The position numbers and the translations under genes are program-made. 64,000 bases of DNA, taken from NCBI RefSeq assembly GCF_004010195.1, contig NC_057718.1, forward strand, positions 93,336,561 through 93,400,560. Reading direction: 5' to 3'. This document shows positions 1 to 12,935 of this stretch, piece by piece (position 1 is the first letter of the stretch; every line of letters begins with the position of its first letter). The notes beneath the pieces were generated by a model that saw only the letters and a program-made list of their open reading frames with translations, did not search any database and was not told the origin of the DNA. Origin of the DNA: Chiloscyllium plagiosum. Lineage: Eukaryota.

Positions 1-350
1 TAGATAGTTACCCTCGCCCTTTAAGGGGAGTTAAGGTGACTTATGGGAGAGGTAAGGGTCCTTTGGAATTATTGAAAGTAGACATGAATATACATGAAGA
101 GTGCATGCAGCTACTGGAATTGTGAAACTGTCAATATATCGATCAAGTTCACTATCAAGCTCTCAAAGCATTTTGATTTCCTAGTCTTTCTACAGCTATA
201 AAAAGAAAGGGGGATGAATTTTTGAATTTTTAAAAATCATGAAGCTCACAGACAAGGTGAATAATAAGGGTCTTTTCCCACAGGGTGGGGAGTTTCAAAA
301 CTAAGGGTCATATGGACGTAGGTTTGGTTGCTGAGCTGGAAGGTTCATTT

Positions 351-390
351 TCAGACATTTCGTCATCATACTAGGTAACATCTCCAGTGA
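351..390 (-). ncRNA. degenerate minimal hammerhead ribozyme motif
   Basis: Minus strand reads UCA-CUGGAGA-U-GUUACC-UAGUAU-GAUGAC-GAAA-UG-UC-UGA. The core A6 is mutated to G. Confidence 0.6.
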
Positions 391-498
391 GCCTCCAGAT
401 GAAGCACTGCTCATGATTCCTGCTTTCTATTTATATGTTTGGGTTTCTTTGGGTTGGTGATGTTATTTTCTGTGGTGATGTCATTTCCTATGGTGATA

Positions 499-1026
499 TT
501 ATTTCCTGTTCTTTTTCTCAGGAGGGTGGTAAATGGAGTCCAAGTCAATGTGTTTGTTGATAGAGTTCCGGTTGGAATGCCATGCTTTGAGGAATTCACG
601 CGCATTTCTCTGTTTGGCTTGTCCTAGGATGGATGTGTTGTCCCAGTCGAAGTGGTGTCCTTCCTTATCTGTATGTAAGGATACTAGTGAGAGAGGGTCA
701 TGTCGTTTTGTGGTTAGTTGATGTTCATGTATACTGGTGGCTAGTTTTCTGCCTGTTTGTCCAATGTAATGTTTGTTACGGTTCTTGCATGGTATTTTGT
801 AAATTACATTAGTTTTGCTAGTTATCTGTGTAGTGTCTTTCAAGTTCATCAGCTGCTGTTTTAGTGTGTTGGTGAGTTTGTGGGCTACCATGATGCTAAG
901 AAGTCTGAGTAGTCTGGCAGTCATTTTTGAGATGGCTTTGATGTAGGGGAGAGTGGCTCGGTTTTCTGGACGCGTTTTGTCTGCAAGTTTGGGTTTGTTG
1001 CTGAGAAATCGGCGGACTGTGTTCAT
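499..1026 (-). pseudogene. Penelope RT-linker / GIY-YIG endonuclease fragment
   Basis: Reads TLPYIK...NVIYKIPC...YIGQTGRKLATSIHEH...HHFDWDNTSILG...AREFLKAWHS, the PLE GIY-YIG signature. Confidence 0.9.
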
Positions 1027-2684
1027 TGGGTACCCATTCTTTTTGAATACAGAACCTCAACCTGAGCTACAAATCTTCTCAAAACTCGCTAACTAAGGGT
1101 CATATTTTTAAGGTGAGAGAAGAAGTATTTAAAAAGGACATGAGGGACAAGATTTTGAGTGGTTCATGCTCGGAATGAACTGCCAGAGAAAGTGGTGGAT
1201 GCAGGTGCAGTTACAATGTTTGGGGAAGTTCATTAGTAGGAAATGTTTAGAGGGATATGGGCCAAGTATAGGCAGCGGGGATTAGTTTAATTTGGGAACA
1301 TGATCGGCATGGACTAGTTTGACCAGAGAGTTTGTCTCTGTGTTGTATGACTCCAAAAGCCTGAGGGTTATCATTACATGATTAACGCAGACCTGGCACT
1401 GAATTGGCATACAGGCCATATAGGGCCATGGGAACAGGTAGAGGGAGTGGAGTTATGAGGGGTGATAGGAGATGGGTACATTGAAATAGAATGGACGGTG
1501 TGAGGGGCGACATACTGGGGTCATGAGGCCTAAAGGCTGCAGGCTGTTCCTTTGTGGTATGCTTTCTTCCACATCTTTGTCAAATTTCTGGAACACTGAA
1601 GCTGGCATTTTGCCTTCCTACCATTTCTGGGGGTCTCTGCCTTGACTCTCATTTTCAATTGTGCCTCCAACCTCCCCATCTCCCAGAACCAAAATCTGAC
1701 CATCCAGGGAATGTCAACCCAGTTGGGTTTGTGGAGCCGGGAGTCCCAATTCCGAGCTCCTTCCCCAGGAGTAAACATTCAGACCTACATGCATGTGAGA
1801 AGACATTCTGTTAATGAGATTGCTTTTCGTAAAAGAGAAACATCTGCTCAGTCACAAGTTCATTCTCCACATGTCTCGCAGTGACTACTGTAGTGATTAC
1901 ATTCCCATTGGAGCTTTGAATGTTATACAATTACTTTAAAACAAAGCATCAATAAACTGAGGTGTGAAACAGTTCTTCACTCTCAAGATTAGCATACAGC
2001 TTGAAAATACTATCTGCGATTTAGATTAAATCCGAGCACCTAATTGCTTCAAATTAGAGTTGTCTTTATCATAGGATTTAAATGCTTCCAAATAACAAAA
2101 GCAAATGCAGACCACCCACTATGTTGACTTCTGTTTGCAAGTGCCCCTGATGTTATGCTGAAGAAACAAATCACTTTCTCAGGGGAACTCGATTTAGATC
2201 GGATGAACTGTGTCAAGATACTAGTCAGTCGTTTAGCACCTGTGTCATTGTGAAATTGAATTTCAGTCCAAGCAAGCTAAGTACCAAGTAGAGAGAAAGG
2301 ACTTTGGGTGTATTCTTAGCTATAAAACAGGCTATTTTAAGTAATTGCATTGCTGATGCTGGTAAATGATTTAATCATAAAGAATTTGTATAATGCCAAG
2401 TGATAAAAGGTAGAGAACCCAAAACTGTTTAGACGATTCATGGTAAGGGGCACCATATTGTTATTCTGGGAAGGAAGGGGAAGATGTGATGGCTGAGAGG
2501 GAGACAACAGGTCAGATATGGTCAGGACCCTGTCAACCACACTGTTGGGGTGGGAGAGGGGTAATCCTCAATGGAGATAAAAGGAGAACACAACAGAGGC
2601 ACCTCTGTGGAAGATGGTATCCTTCTACAGATATGATAGAACTGAGAGCTTGATAAGAATACTCTCTATGAGCCACACCCAAGA

Positions 2685-3030
2685 GGAGGTGATAGGCTAG
2701 TGATATTGTTACTAGATCAATTCGTCTGGAGACCTAGATAATGTACTGAGGGCCTGGGTTCAAATTCTGTCATCTGATCCTGAATTTGGATTCAAGAAAA
2801 ATCTGGAATTAAGAGTCTTCTGATGACCATGTATCGATCCTCGGGGGAAAACCCATCTAGTTTGCTAATGTCCTGAACGGAGGGAAAGTGCCATCTTTAC
2901 CTGGTCTGGCCTATATGTGACTCCAAACTCACAGCAATGTGGTTGACTCTCTAACTGCCCTCTGGGCAATTCGGGATGGGCAATAAATACTGACCTACCC
3001 AGTGATGCTCCCATGAATGAATTTAACAAA
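2685..3030 (+). mobile_element. tRNA-like SINE (family 2)
   Basis: A-box-like ggctagtgat, B-box-like ggttcaaatt, a shared body, and the tail gggatgggcaataaat...cccatgaatgaat. Confidence 0.8.
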
Positions 3031-3134
3031 AAGGCAATGAATGTTGTCAACAATGTTAATGCCAAAACATGACATGGGATCTCTCCAGTGTGGAAATTCA
3101 TTGTTGGGAAACATCAGTGTTTGAAGATATTTTG

Positions 3135-3646
3135 AGCAGAGCTAAGCAAACACATGAAAGGGTTCAGAAAAAATTCACAAGGATATTGCCAGGGTTGGAG
3201 GGTTTGAGCTATAGGGAGACGTTGAATAGCTGCAGCTATTCTCCCTAGAGTGTTGGAGGCTGAGGGGTGTCCTTATAGAGGTTTATAAAATCACGAGGGG
3301 CATGGATAGGATAAATAGACAATGTCTTTCCTCTGGGGTGGGAGAGTCCAGAACTAGAGGGCATAGGTTTAGGGTGAGAGGGGAAAGATATAAAAGACAC
3401 CTAAGGGGCAACTTTTTCACGCAGAGGGTGGTACGTGTATGGAATGAGTTGCCAGAGGATGTGGTGGAGGCTGGTACAATTGCAACATATAAGAAGCATT
3501 TGGATGGGTAAATGAATAGGAAGGGTTTGGAGGGACATGGGCCGGGTGCTGGCAGGTGGGACTAGATTGGATTGAGATATCTGGTCGGCATGGACAAGTT
3601 GGACTGAGGGTCTGTTTCCATGAGGTACATCTCTCTGACTCTATGA
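3135..3646 (+). mobile_element. CR1 LINE 3' fragment
   Basis: Reads RTRGHRFRVRG...FFTQRVVRVWNELP and ends in a ctctatga tail. Confidence 0.9.
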
Positions 3647-3944
3647 CATCAACAATATGACAACAATATTTTGGAAGCATAAAGATGCGAAGTATAACTG
3701 TTGGACAAGCAAAACAATTTTATTATTGCTGCTTCATCATTTTAACTGACTGTTCTATGCCTCTGGTAAGTATTTATATCTACGATGTTTTATAGCTCCT
3801 ATCCTTCTGGTTAGGCATTCTAATGTCATTCAATAATCTACAAAATTCTGAAATTCAGAACAAACTTGGTTCCAAGCATTCACAATCAGAGAGGTTACAC
3901 TGCATTTTGTTTAGTTTCAATTGTGCAGACGTAAAATACCAGCA

Positions 3945-4276
3945 TCATAGTATCCTCACTGTGTGGAAGCAGGCCATTCAGCCTATCAAGTCCACACCGA
4001 CCCTCCGGACAGACCTACCCCATCCCCCTAAACCTTCATTTCCCATGGCTAACCCACCTAGCCTACACATCCCTGGACACTGTGGGTAATTTAGCGTGGC
4101 CAATCCACCTCAACTGGCATATCATTGGACTGTGGGAGGAAACCGGAACACCCCCCAGAGGAAACTCGCACAGACACAGGGAGAATGTGAAAACTCCACA
4201 CAGATACTTGGCCAAGGCTGGAATCGAACCCAAGTCTCTGGTGCTGTGAGTGGCTAACTACTGAGCCAATGTGCCA
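3945..4276 (-). mobile_element. HE1-type tRNA-derived SINE
   Basis: Reverse complement of the HE1-type body (cctcccacagtccaa...) with A/B boxes at the right end. Confidence 0.85.
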
Positions 4277-5509
4277 GACATCTGTTCTTTCCTTCTAATT
4301 GCACATCACACATGTATGGCCAGATTTAAAATTGCCAGGGAGTAATCTAATCATAGATATTTCCACACCAATTTGAGGTCAATTGGGCATCCTTTGCAGA
4401 AGCTTTTGCTATCTGATTCCCTTTCACTGATTTGATACTCTTATTGCCCTTAGTTCTGTTCTAGAAGTAGCAGGTGCCATAACACTATGAGGATCTCACC
4501 TCTCTCTGCCTTTGTGCCCAGATTGTGAGTTTTTACTTCTTTGCCTGTAAAAACAAAAGTTATTCCTTATAAAAATTCCCAGACTTTGCCTGCACCTTGC
4601 TTCTCTGCCAGAAATGTCCCCCACCATCAATTTTCTCACACAGAATCTCACATGGTCTTTTTCTCTCTCTCGTAATGTGCAAGAATTACTCCCAAGTAGG
4701 AGGAGGAGGAATATTTGAGTTCAATTCACAAAATAATAGTAGGATGTTGTGGGAGAAGGGGGAGATCATGAAATACACTTAAAGCTGAATGTTGATATTT
4801 TTAAACCTTCTTTAGACAATGGCAAGCCAGACACTGAATTTTCAAATAATGACCAGAAAGAAAGAGAATGTAGGAGAGAAATCAGAAAATATGAAAGCAT
4901 TTTATGGACAATTTGTGATAAAGAATCAAATTGGTTACTTGAATCACAATCAAGGAAACTAAGGGCTATTGATGAATGCCAGAAACCATAGAGAGTTTAA
5001 CAGGCAGCTCATAAAAAGTAAGAAAATATGCAGATCCCCATATATTACTAGGTTTAATTGGGCAGTTTAATTAACATCTCCAGAGCATGAAGTGATTATT
5101 GTGCTCCTTATGAATTGGGTGACTCCTTCCGAAAGGGTGAAAGGATTCCATTTATTTTTCATGTGTTATTATATTTCATCGACATCGTCTGAAATTGCAC
5201 ATGTATATGGGCAACACCTCCAGCCCTCTCAACCCCTGGCCTCCCTCAAAGTTCTCAGCCTTCTTTTTGGACATCCAGTATTGGAATGAGCAGACATTTC
5301 CTCCAAATATATATACTGGGAAAACTGAAGCCATAGGTTTCAGCTAGGTCCCTCAACTCTGGTCCCTGGTCACTGGTTGGGTCCTTCTCCTGCAAAATTG
5401 ACTGAGGCTGAAACAGGCCGCTCACAACCTCAGCATCAAAAATTACTCCTGTGTTTGCATCCAGCCACATATTGGTGCAGTCGCTAAAATTGTCTGTCTC
5501 TACTCCTGT

Positions 5510-5980
5510 ACTTTGATTTTATTTATTTGATTTGATTACCTGAGTACAGTGAAAAGTTCTGTTTTGCAAGCAGTACAGGCAGATCATAGCAAGCAGGGAC
5601 ATACAGACCACAGGGTGCTAAAACAGAGAGAGGCATACAAGGTTACAGCTGCACAGGAAGTGCACTAAAGCAAGACCAACATTAGATTTGAACTTAAGAG
5701 AGGTCCATTCAGCAGTCCAACAACAAAGAGGCCAAAGCTGTTCTTGAACTTGTTGGACCGTGTGTTCAAGCTTCTGTATCTTCAGCCTGACAGAAGAGGT
5801 TGGAAGAGAGCATTGCCGGGGTGGGAGAGGCTTTTGATGATGTTGACAGCCTTTCTGAGGCAACAAGAAGTGAAAATGGAGCCCATGAATGGGAGGATGA
5901 CTTCCATGATGATCTGGGCTGTGCACACAACTTTCTTACAGTCCTGGGCAGAGCAGTTGCCGTGCCAGGCAATTATGTAG
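5510..5980 (-). mobile_element. Rex1/Babar LINE 3' fragment
   Basis: The minus frame YIIAWHGNCSAQDCKK...SLSHPGNALFQPLLSG is homologous to the C-terminus of the element at 20402-21805. Confidence 0.75.
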
Positions 5981-6107
5981 CTAGACATACTATCAAAAAT
6001 CCCTATCCATGCCACACCTCTGCTCCTGAAACCCTTGTGAGTGCGCCATTACCTTTACACTTGAGCAATGTATTCCTGGCTGTTCTCCCACTTTCTCCCA
6101 TAAAGGA

Positions 6108-6600
6108 TATCACGGTGGCTCAGTGGTTAACACTGCTACCTCACAGCGCCAGGGACCTGGATTCAATTTCAGCTATGGGTGACTTTCTGTGTGGAGTTTG
6201 CAAGTCCTCTCCATGTTTGTGTGTGTTTCCTCTGAGTGCACAAGGTCCCTCCCACAGTGTCGTGCTAGAAAAGCACAACAGGTCAGGCAGCATCCGAGGA
6301 ACAGGAGAATCGACGTTTCATCAGGGATGAACGGCTTATGCCCGAAACATCGATTCTCCTGCTCCTTGAATGCTGCCTGACCTGCTGTGCTTCTTGAGCA
6401 CCACACTCTTGACTCTGATCTCCAGCAGCTGCAGCCCTCACTTCTCCCTCCCATTGTGCAAAGATGTGCAGATTACATGCGTTGGTCATAGTAAAAACCC
6501 AATGTGGGGTGTGGGTCTGGGTGGGATGATCTCTGGAGGGTCAGTACAGACGTGATGGACTGAATGGCTTCTTTCTGCACTTTAGGAATTCTATGATTCT
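6108..6600 (+). mobile_element. HE1-type SINE interrupted by a fold-back Penelope element
   Basis: Has the head cacggtggctcagtggttaacactgct and a ctatgattcta tail, with an insertion at 6260-6446. Confidence 0.85.
6260..6446. mobile_element. fold-back Penelope 3'-end element with damaged hammerhead
   Basis: Inverted arms gtcaggcagcat / atgctgcctgac flank ggcttatgcccgaaacatcg. Imperfect TSD cctccca(ca/tt)gtg at 6248-6259 and 6447-6458. Confidence 0.8.
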
Positions 6601-6994
6601 ACAGCCTGTAACCATGAGGTCATTCTAAACTATTCTGCCCTTGTCTTAATTTGCCATTAAAGACCATTCATCCACCTCCTTGCTCATGTTTCAGCAACAA
6701 ATCTACTTTAAAATTCTCACCTTTGTTTCCAAACCTGCATAATATCCTGGCGTCTCTCTGTGGCTATTGTCTCTTCCAATCCTCCAACTGTCCAAGTCAG
6801 CCACACTCTTGTAATTCTGTTCTTTCAAGCGACCTTGATTTTAATCACTTTGTGTTGGTTACTAATACCTGAATCCTGGGTTCTGTAGTTGTCTTGCAAA
6901 ATCTCCTCACCCATCTCTATCTTGCTTCTCTCCGTTAAGCCGCTTCTTAAAACCCATCTCTTTTTACCAAGGTTTTGATTATTTGCTGTAATAT

Positions 6995-7220
6995 GTGGCT
7001 GCACAAGAGATGCACAAAAGCAAGATCACCATTAGATTTCCAATTAGAGAGGTTCAGTCAGCAGTCTAATAACAACAAGGAAGAAGCTGTTCTTGAATCT
7101 GTTGGTGTGCGTGTTCAAGCTTCTGTATCTTCTGCCTGATGGAAGAGGTTGGAAGAGAGTATTCGCAGGGTGGGAGAGTCTTTGATGATGTTGGCAGCCT
7201 TTCCAAGGCAGCGCGAGGTT
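6995..7220 (-). mobile_element. Rex1/Babar LINE fragment
   Basis: Close paralog of 5650-5870. Confidence 0.7.
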
Positions 7221-7794
7221 GATTTACTCTGTGCAGCACTTTGGTATACTTTAATATGTTAAAGGTGCTATTTGAATGCAGGTTGCTGTTGTTACTTGGC
7301 TATAATGAATAAGAAAGCCTGTACAAACCACAGACTTGCAGGTTAAAAATATTTACAAAAGGAGTGAAATCGCTGACGATGGGAAAAGTGGCCATTAATG
7401 ATCACTTGTGCCCTTGGCTGTGTTGATTAAAGTGGAAGCTGAAGAGTAGAGCTCATTTTAGTTTGTGGGCACTGCTGTCTGGGTTTCCTTGCACAGTGTC
7501 TTGTGCAGTGGAACATGTGGGAATAGCAGAGATTGAAACACCCACCTTAAACAAGCTGAATTGCAGTAACCATTTGGGAGAATACCAACTCCACACCCCA
7601 TTACCAGCAGCACATGCCGGATCCATGCCTGGTGTGAAACCAGGGCATTTGAAACGAGTACCTCAGACTGTGAGGCACAGACGTTATCGAAGAGGCAAGC
7701 AGATTAAAAATGAGGGAACCTTAACCAATTTATTACCCATTCTTATTCACTTCTTGTCGGCCTTTCTTCCAGCCCTTATGGATTGTTGCGATAA

Positions 7795-8325
7795 TGCCAC
7801 AGTGGTTAGCATTGCTGCCTGGGGCATAAGGTGTGGAGGTGGGGGAGAGGCTGGATGACCCCAAAAATATGCAGTGTAGGTGAATTGCCCCTGGTGTTCA
7901 GGGATGTGTAGGTTAGGGGCATTAGTCAGGGGTAAATGTAGAGAAAAATAGGGTAGGGGAAAGGTTCGGGTAGGATTCTCTTCAGAGGGTCAGTGTGGAC
8001 TTGCTGGGCTGAAGGGCCTGTTTCCACACTGTAGGGATTCTATGATTCTATTCTATGAATGCCTTGTAGGGCTAGGGACCTGGGTTCGATTCCAGCCTCA
8101 GGTGACTGTGAGGAGTTTGCGCATTCTCCCTGTGTCTGTGTGGATTTCCTCTGGGTGCCTTAGTTTCCTCCCACAGTCCAAAGATGTGCAGGTTAGCCAT
8201 AGGCAATTTAGGGTCGGTGGGTGGGGGGAGGGGGAAGGGGGGGATGGGTCTGGATAGGATGCTGTTTGGAGGGTTTGTGTGGATTCGATGGGCTGAATGG
8301 CCTGCTTCCACATTGTAGGGATTCA
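7795..8325 (+). mobile_element. two tandem HE1-type SINE copies (~7795-8055 and ~8070-8325)
   Basis: Both have HE1 bodies ending in gcctg(t/c)ttccaca(c/t)tgtaggg. Confidence 0.8.
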
Positions 8326-8334
8326 GTAACAATT

Positions 8335-8680
8335 GCCACTGAACTAGTTCATCCAGCTTCCCCCCAGCTTAGTGTGCTGGGGACATGGGGTTCAAATCCT
8401 ACCATGGGCAAGTGAATTCGGTTTTTTAAAAGAAATCTGTGAATTAAAGCTAGTTTTAATGGTGGCCACTACAACCTCCGTCAATTGTTGGGAAAAAAAA
8501 AACTATCTGGGTCACTAATGTCTTCACAGAAGGAAACCTGCAAACCTTACCTGGTCTGGCCCATATGTGACTCCAGACCCACAACGATGTGGTCGACTCT
8601 TAATCGCCTTCTGGGCAATTAGGGATGGTTAGTAAATGTTGGCCCAGCCAGGAGAACTTGCATCCTGTGAAAAAATGTTT
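8335..8680 (+). mobile_element. tRNA-like SINE (family 2)
   Basis: Contains ggttcaaatcc...ccttacctggtctggcc...gggcaattagggatgg. Confidence 0.8.
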
Positions 8681-9204
8681 TAATCAATAATAATTTTTCA
8701 TTTCTCCCAGAAATGTTATCAAAGAAAATAGAATCATTGACCTTCTCAGTTTACAATGAGGCTTTTCAGCCCATTGTGTCTGTGCTAACTCTTTACAGGA
8801 TGCTATCCAAATACTTCCATGTCCCTGCCTTTTCTCCTTTGAGAAAGGTTCCAATATGTCTGCTCCTATCATCCTTTCAGACAGAATAGTCCAGAAAATA
8901 ACAACTCATTGCACTGAACAACGGATCAGTCCCCTGGTCTAGAAGGAGCCAGAGACACCAATGTTGTGAGCCTCTTGACAGCATGTGACAGTAATAAAGT
9001 TAACTGCAGGTTTTCTCGAAGTGGCTGATTCAGGAAATGATGCATCTATCATTATCTGCTGTACTAAAGTCTGGACATCTGGTTTGTGGCTTACTGAATG
9101 TTATTGGTCCACCTCTGACATCCTTGAATACCCCAGGCTTCAAGGCACTTTGGAAATTTGGGGCAGCCTACAACAGGCCCCTCAAGCACAAAGAAATGAC
9201 CAAT

Positions 9205-9630
9205 ATAAAGGTGTACAAGGATATTAGAGGGTTTGAGCTATAGGCAGAGGCTGAATGGGCTGAGGCTGTTTTTCCCTGGAGCATCGGAGGCTGAGGGGTG
9301 ACCTTATAGAGGCTTATAAAACCGTGAGGGGCATGGATAGGGTAAATAGCCAAGGCCTTTGTCCCACAGTAGGGGAGTCCAAAGCTAGGGGACATGGGTT
9401 TAAGGTGAGAAGGGAAGGGACCTAAAGGGCAACTTTTTCACGCAGCCAGAGGAAGTGGTGGAGGCTGACATAATTACAACATTTAAACGACATCTGGATG
9501 GGTATGTGAATAGGAAGGGTTTAGAAGGATAAAGGCCAAAAGGATTAGATTAAATTAGGATATCTGACCAGCATGGACACATTGGACCAAAAGGTCTGTT
9601 TCTGTGCTATACAACTCAATGACTCTATGA
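9205..9630 (+). mobile_element. CR1 LINE 3' fragment
   Basis: Paralog of 3135-3646 with an internal deletion and a ctctatga tail. Confidence 0.85.
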
Positions 9631-9634
9631 CTGT

Positions 9635-10430
9635 TATAAGATGAAGAAACAACAATAGGCCATACAGCCCATCGAGTTTGCTCTGCCATTCAATGAATTG
9701 TTTTCATTTCAATTCATGGTTAATCTGATAATCTTCAACTCCACTTTCCTGCCTTTTTCCTGAGTCCCTTGATTCCCTTACGATTTAAAATCTCTCAACC
9801 TTCAAAACAGTTACTGATTGGAATCTTGTCCCTCTGAGAGAAGAAATTCTTTCTCATTTCTGTCTTAAATGAGTAACCCTTTTTCCTGAGATCATACTGT
9901 CTGTTTCTAGATTGTCCAGAAGAGAAATCAACCTCTCAATATTCACCCTGTCAAGTCCCTGAAGAATCTTATACATTTCAAAAAAATCACTTCACATTTT
10001 TCTGTATTTCAATAAGGCCAAAATTACTTAGTCCCTCCTTTAAAAAAAAAGTCCTTCCACTCCCAGAATCAGCCAAGTAAATCTCTGAACCACCTCAAAT
10101 GCCAGCATATCTTGCCTTCAAGAAGCAGCTCAACACTGCTCAGAGTCCTACCTGTTGTCTGACTAGTGCCTTTTATAGTTTTTGCAGGGCCTCCCTATTT
10201 TTAAGCCCCATTCCCTTTGAAATGAAGGCGAACATTCTATTTGCCTTCTGACTATCTGCTGGACATTAGCCTTTTTGCAATTTATGCCAGAGGACCCTCA
10301 AACGCTGTTGTGCTATAACTTTCTGAAGTCTCGCTCCATTTAAATAATATTTAGCTCTTCTCTTCTTGCTGCCAAAGTGCATAACCTCACATTGGCTACC
10401 AATATAATCCATCTGCCAAGATTTTGTCCA
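9635..10430 (-). mobile_element. older CR1 LINE fragment
   Basis: Reverse complement of a CR1 RT C-terminus and 3'UTR (aataggccatacagcccatcgag...). Confidence 0.7.
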
Positions 10431-10779
10431 CTTATCACAATCTGGCTAGATCCCACTATGGCCACCTTGGCTGAATTTTACCATTGCTCAGCTAATTCAA
10501 GTTGTGTTGAGTTTTGTGGAAGTGAGACTTGCCGAGAGAATTTCCTCCCTGTATCTTATTCAACTTATAATAAGTTACCACCTGAGCCACCATGGCAAGG
10601 TTCATGTCTGACTTCTGCTCCATGTTACCGTGTGTTATTCATGGAGAAATCAATCACTCAGCAAGGCTTGGGACTATGCCATCTTTCAAAGCTCACTGTG
10701 CACCTTCAGGAGTGCTGCCATCTGCAAGCCGTACTTCCTGGCTGTGTTAGGCATTAGGAGAGATGGCAGTGGAGTGGAG

Positions 10780-11045
10780 TGGTACGGTGCTCAGTGGTCA
10801 GCACTGCTGCCTCACAGCACCAGGGACCTGGGTTCGATTCCAGCCTCTGGTGACACTTTGTGTAGAGTTTGCACATTCTCCCCATGCTTGCATGGGGTTT
10901 TCCCCTGGGTTTCCTCCCACAGTCCAAAGATGCATTGGCCATGGGAAATGCAGGGCTACAGGGAATGTGGATGGGATGCTCTTCTGAGGGTCAGTGTGGG
11001 CTTGATGGGCTGAATGGCCTGCTTCTACACTGTGGTGATTCTATG
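10780..11045 (+). mobile_element. HE1-type SINE
   Basis: Contains gtggtcagcactgctgcctcacagcaccagggacctgggttcgattcc. Confidence 0.85.
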
Positions 11046-11224
11046 AGTGGCAGTAAGCTTCTCGAAGGTGCTGGTAGAGAGGAAAGTTTCCCCTGGAGGC
11101 CTGACAGAGGAAGTGATGCCAACACACCATGCCAGCCTGGTCAGAGATTACCACCTCCAGATGAGGAGGTCTGGGTAACATAATCTAGTCAATGTTCTTC
11201 TCCAGTTCATGAGGACGAGTACAA

Positions 11225-11380
11225 TACTGTTCAGAAGAAGGATCACTGGATTCGAAACATTAACTCTGTTTCCTCTCATTGGATCCTGTCAGACCTAACA
11301 AAGAAAATTTACAGCCCAGGAACAGGCCCTTCAGTCCTCCAAGCCTGAGCTGAAGCTGAACTGCTGAGTTTCTCCAATCA
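11225..11380 (+). mobile_element. Penelope 3' remnant with degenerate hammerhead, interrupted by a ~55-bp antisense CR1 tail (11297-11352)
   Basis: Reads gttcagaagaaggatcactggattcgaaacattaact. The insert is the reverse complement of the CR1 end at ~26730-26785. Confidence 0.65.
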
Positions 11381-11384
11381 TTTC

Positions 11385-11712
11385 TGGAGCAGATGCTTCC
11401 TCTTGTGGGGCATTCTCAGACGAGAGGTCATAGTCTTAGTATAAGGGATAACAAATCTAAAACAGAGTTGAGGAGAAATTACTATTCCCCCCCATAGGGT
11501 TTTTAATCTGTGGAATTGACAACCCCAAAGTGCTGTGGATACTAGGACAGTGAGTAAATTTAAAGAGGAGTTAGTCAGATTTTTAATTGGTAATGGGTTG
11601 AAGGATAAGGGGAGAAGGCAGGAAGATGGTGGTGGGGAGCAGATCAGCCATGATTGAATGGCGGAGCAGACTCCTTGGGCCATACGGTCTAATTTTGCTC
11701 CTGTATCTTATG
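11385..11712 (+). mobile_element. CR1 LINE 3' fragment
   Basis: Contains acgagaggtcatagtc...tggaattgacaacccc and the 3'UTR gatcagccatgattgaatggcggagcag. Confidence 0.8.
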
Positions 11713-12226
11713 AACATGGACCACTCCACCCTCTGCTGCCTTACACTTACCTGTGCCACTGTGCCCATTTCTCACTCTATCATACCCTCTCTGCTGCATG
11801 CAACAACTTCCCTCAACGCTCTTGTTATCTCTATACTCTTCCATCATTGACACCTGATGACCTCCATGCTGCCTCCTCACTGTGGCGGAACACCCAGCAC
11901 TAATGGTAGAACTACCGCCTGTATCTTGTTCATTTGCATGTTTATGTCATTACAGGAGAAGGCAGATAATAATGGGGATGAGTGAGGTTGGATAGATGGG
12001 AGATGCCAGACAATCCGTGTCCTCCCACGCTCTGAAGAAAGTGTTCTTCCCCTGCCAGGAGGAGGCGGGGACTGCGACTGATGGGGATGTGGAGATATCC
12101 ATGTCCCATCTCTCAATTTAATAACACTTGCTATCCCACTGCAAAGGTCACATGGAACACCGTGACTAGCCAGTGGCAGTAATGTCCTCTACCTCTTAAT
12201 TCTTACAGGTGGACCCATCTTCTCAA

Positions 12227-12430
12227 GGAGAAAGTGGGGACCGCAGATGCTGGAGATCAGAGTCGAAAAATGTGGCACTGGAAAAGCACAGCAGGTCAGG
12301 CAGTACCCGAGGAGCAGGAGATGAAGGGCTTCCTGATGAAGGACTTCTGCCCGAAACGTTAACTCTCCTGCTCCTTGGATCTGCCTGAGCTGCTGTGTTT
12401 TTCCAGTGCCACACTTTTCAACTCTCATCT
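12227..12430. mobile_element. fold-back Penelope element with hammerhead core
   Basis: Inverted arms. CTGATGA (12333-12339)-A-GGAC-TTCT-GCCC-GAAA-CGTT. Confidence 0.8.
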
Positions 12431-12637
12431 TCCAAAGGCTCAATCCATCGACTGTGGAGGAGAGTTCCTGAGATTCCCTAGACCATTATTGGGATACATT
12501 TGAGGGACCACCATCTGCACTGCCTCAATGACCCCCCCTCTCTCTCCTCAGCTACTGGAACGACGCTATATTAAAGAGCACTGAGGGGGTCACCCTCTGA
12601 GTTTCACAAACCTACAATAAGGCGGAACTCCTTTGAT

Positions 12638-12935
12638 AGAATCACAGAATCCCTACAGTCTGGAAGCAGGCCATTCTGCCCATCAAGTCCACACTGACCT
12701 TCTGAAGAGAATCCCACCCAAACCAACCACCACATCCTGTCCCTGTAACCCTGCATTTTCCATGACTAATCCATTTAACCTAAATATCCCTGGACAATAC
12801 AGACAATTTAGAATAGCCAATCCACCCAACTTGCACATGTTTGGACTGTGGGAGGAAACCATAGCATCCGGAGGAAATCCATGCAGACACAGAGAGAATG
12901 TGCAAACTCCACTCAGTTGACTGAAGTTAGAATCA
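12638..12935 (-). mobile_element. HE1-type SINE
   Basis: Reverse-complement HE1 body. Confidence 0.8.

Larger units (their letters stand above)
314..1090 (-). mobile_element. Penelope-like element: inverted body plus short plus-strand tail, 15-bp TSD
   Basis: A GIY-YIG ORF lies on the minus strand. The plus-strand tail aacctcaacctgagctacaaatcttctcaaaactcgct (~1052-1090) resembles the tail at ~62005-62040. TSD aactaagggtcatat. Confidence 0.9.
225..1355 (+). mobile_element. CR1-clade LINE 3' fragment, split by a Penelope insertion
   Basis: Matches the CR1 ORF2 C-terminus and 3'UTR seen in other copies such as 3135-3646. It is interrupted at aactaagggtcatat, present at both 299-313 and 1091-1105. 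Confidence 0.85.
11050..12090 (+). mobile_element. possible Harbinger Myb/SANT-like ORF relic, fragmented by later insertions
   Basis: Pieces LLEGAGREE..TMPAWSEI (~11057-11150) and, after an AG acceptor, EKADNN..TIRVLPRSEESVL (~11957-12050) resemble PIF/Harbinger Myb-like proteins from memory. Confidence 0.3.

Noticed and set aside
5800..6330. 176-aa plus-strand ORF
   Set aside because: It is a chimera of antisense Rex, unique DNA, HE1 and a Penelope insert, with no coherent domain.
7463..7858. 131-aa plus-strand ORF
   Set aside because: It has a non-ATG start, runs into an HE1 SINE, and has no recognisable domain.
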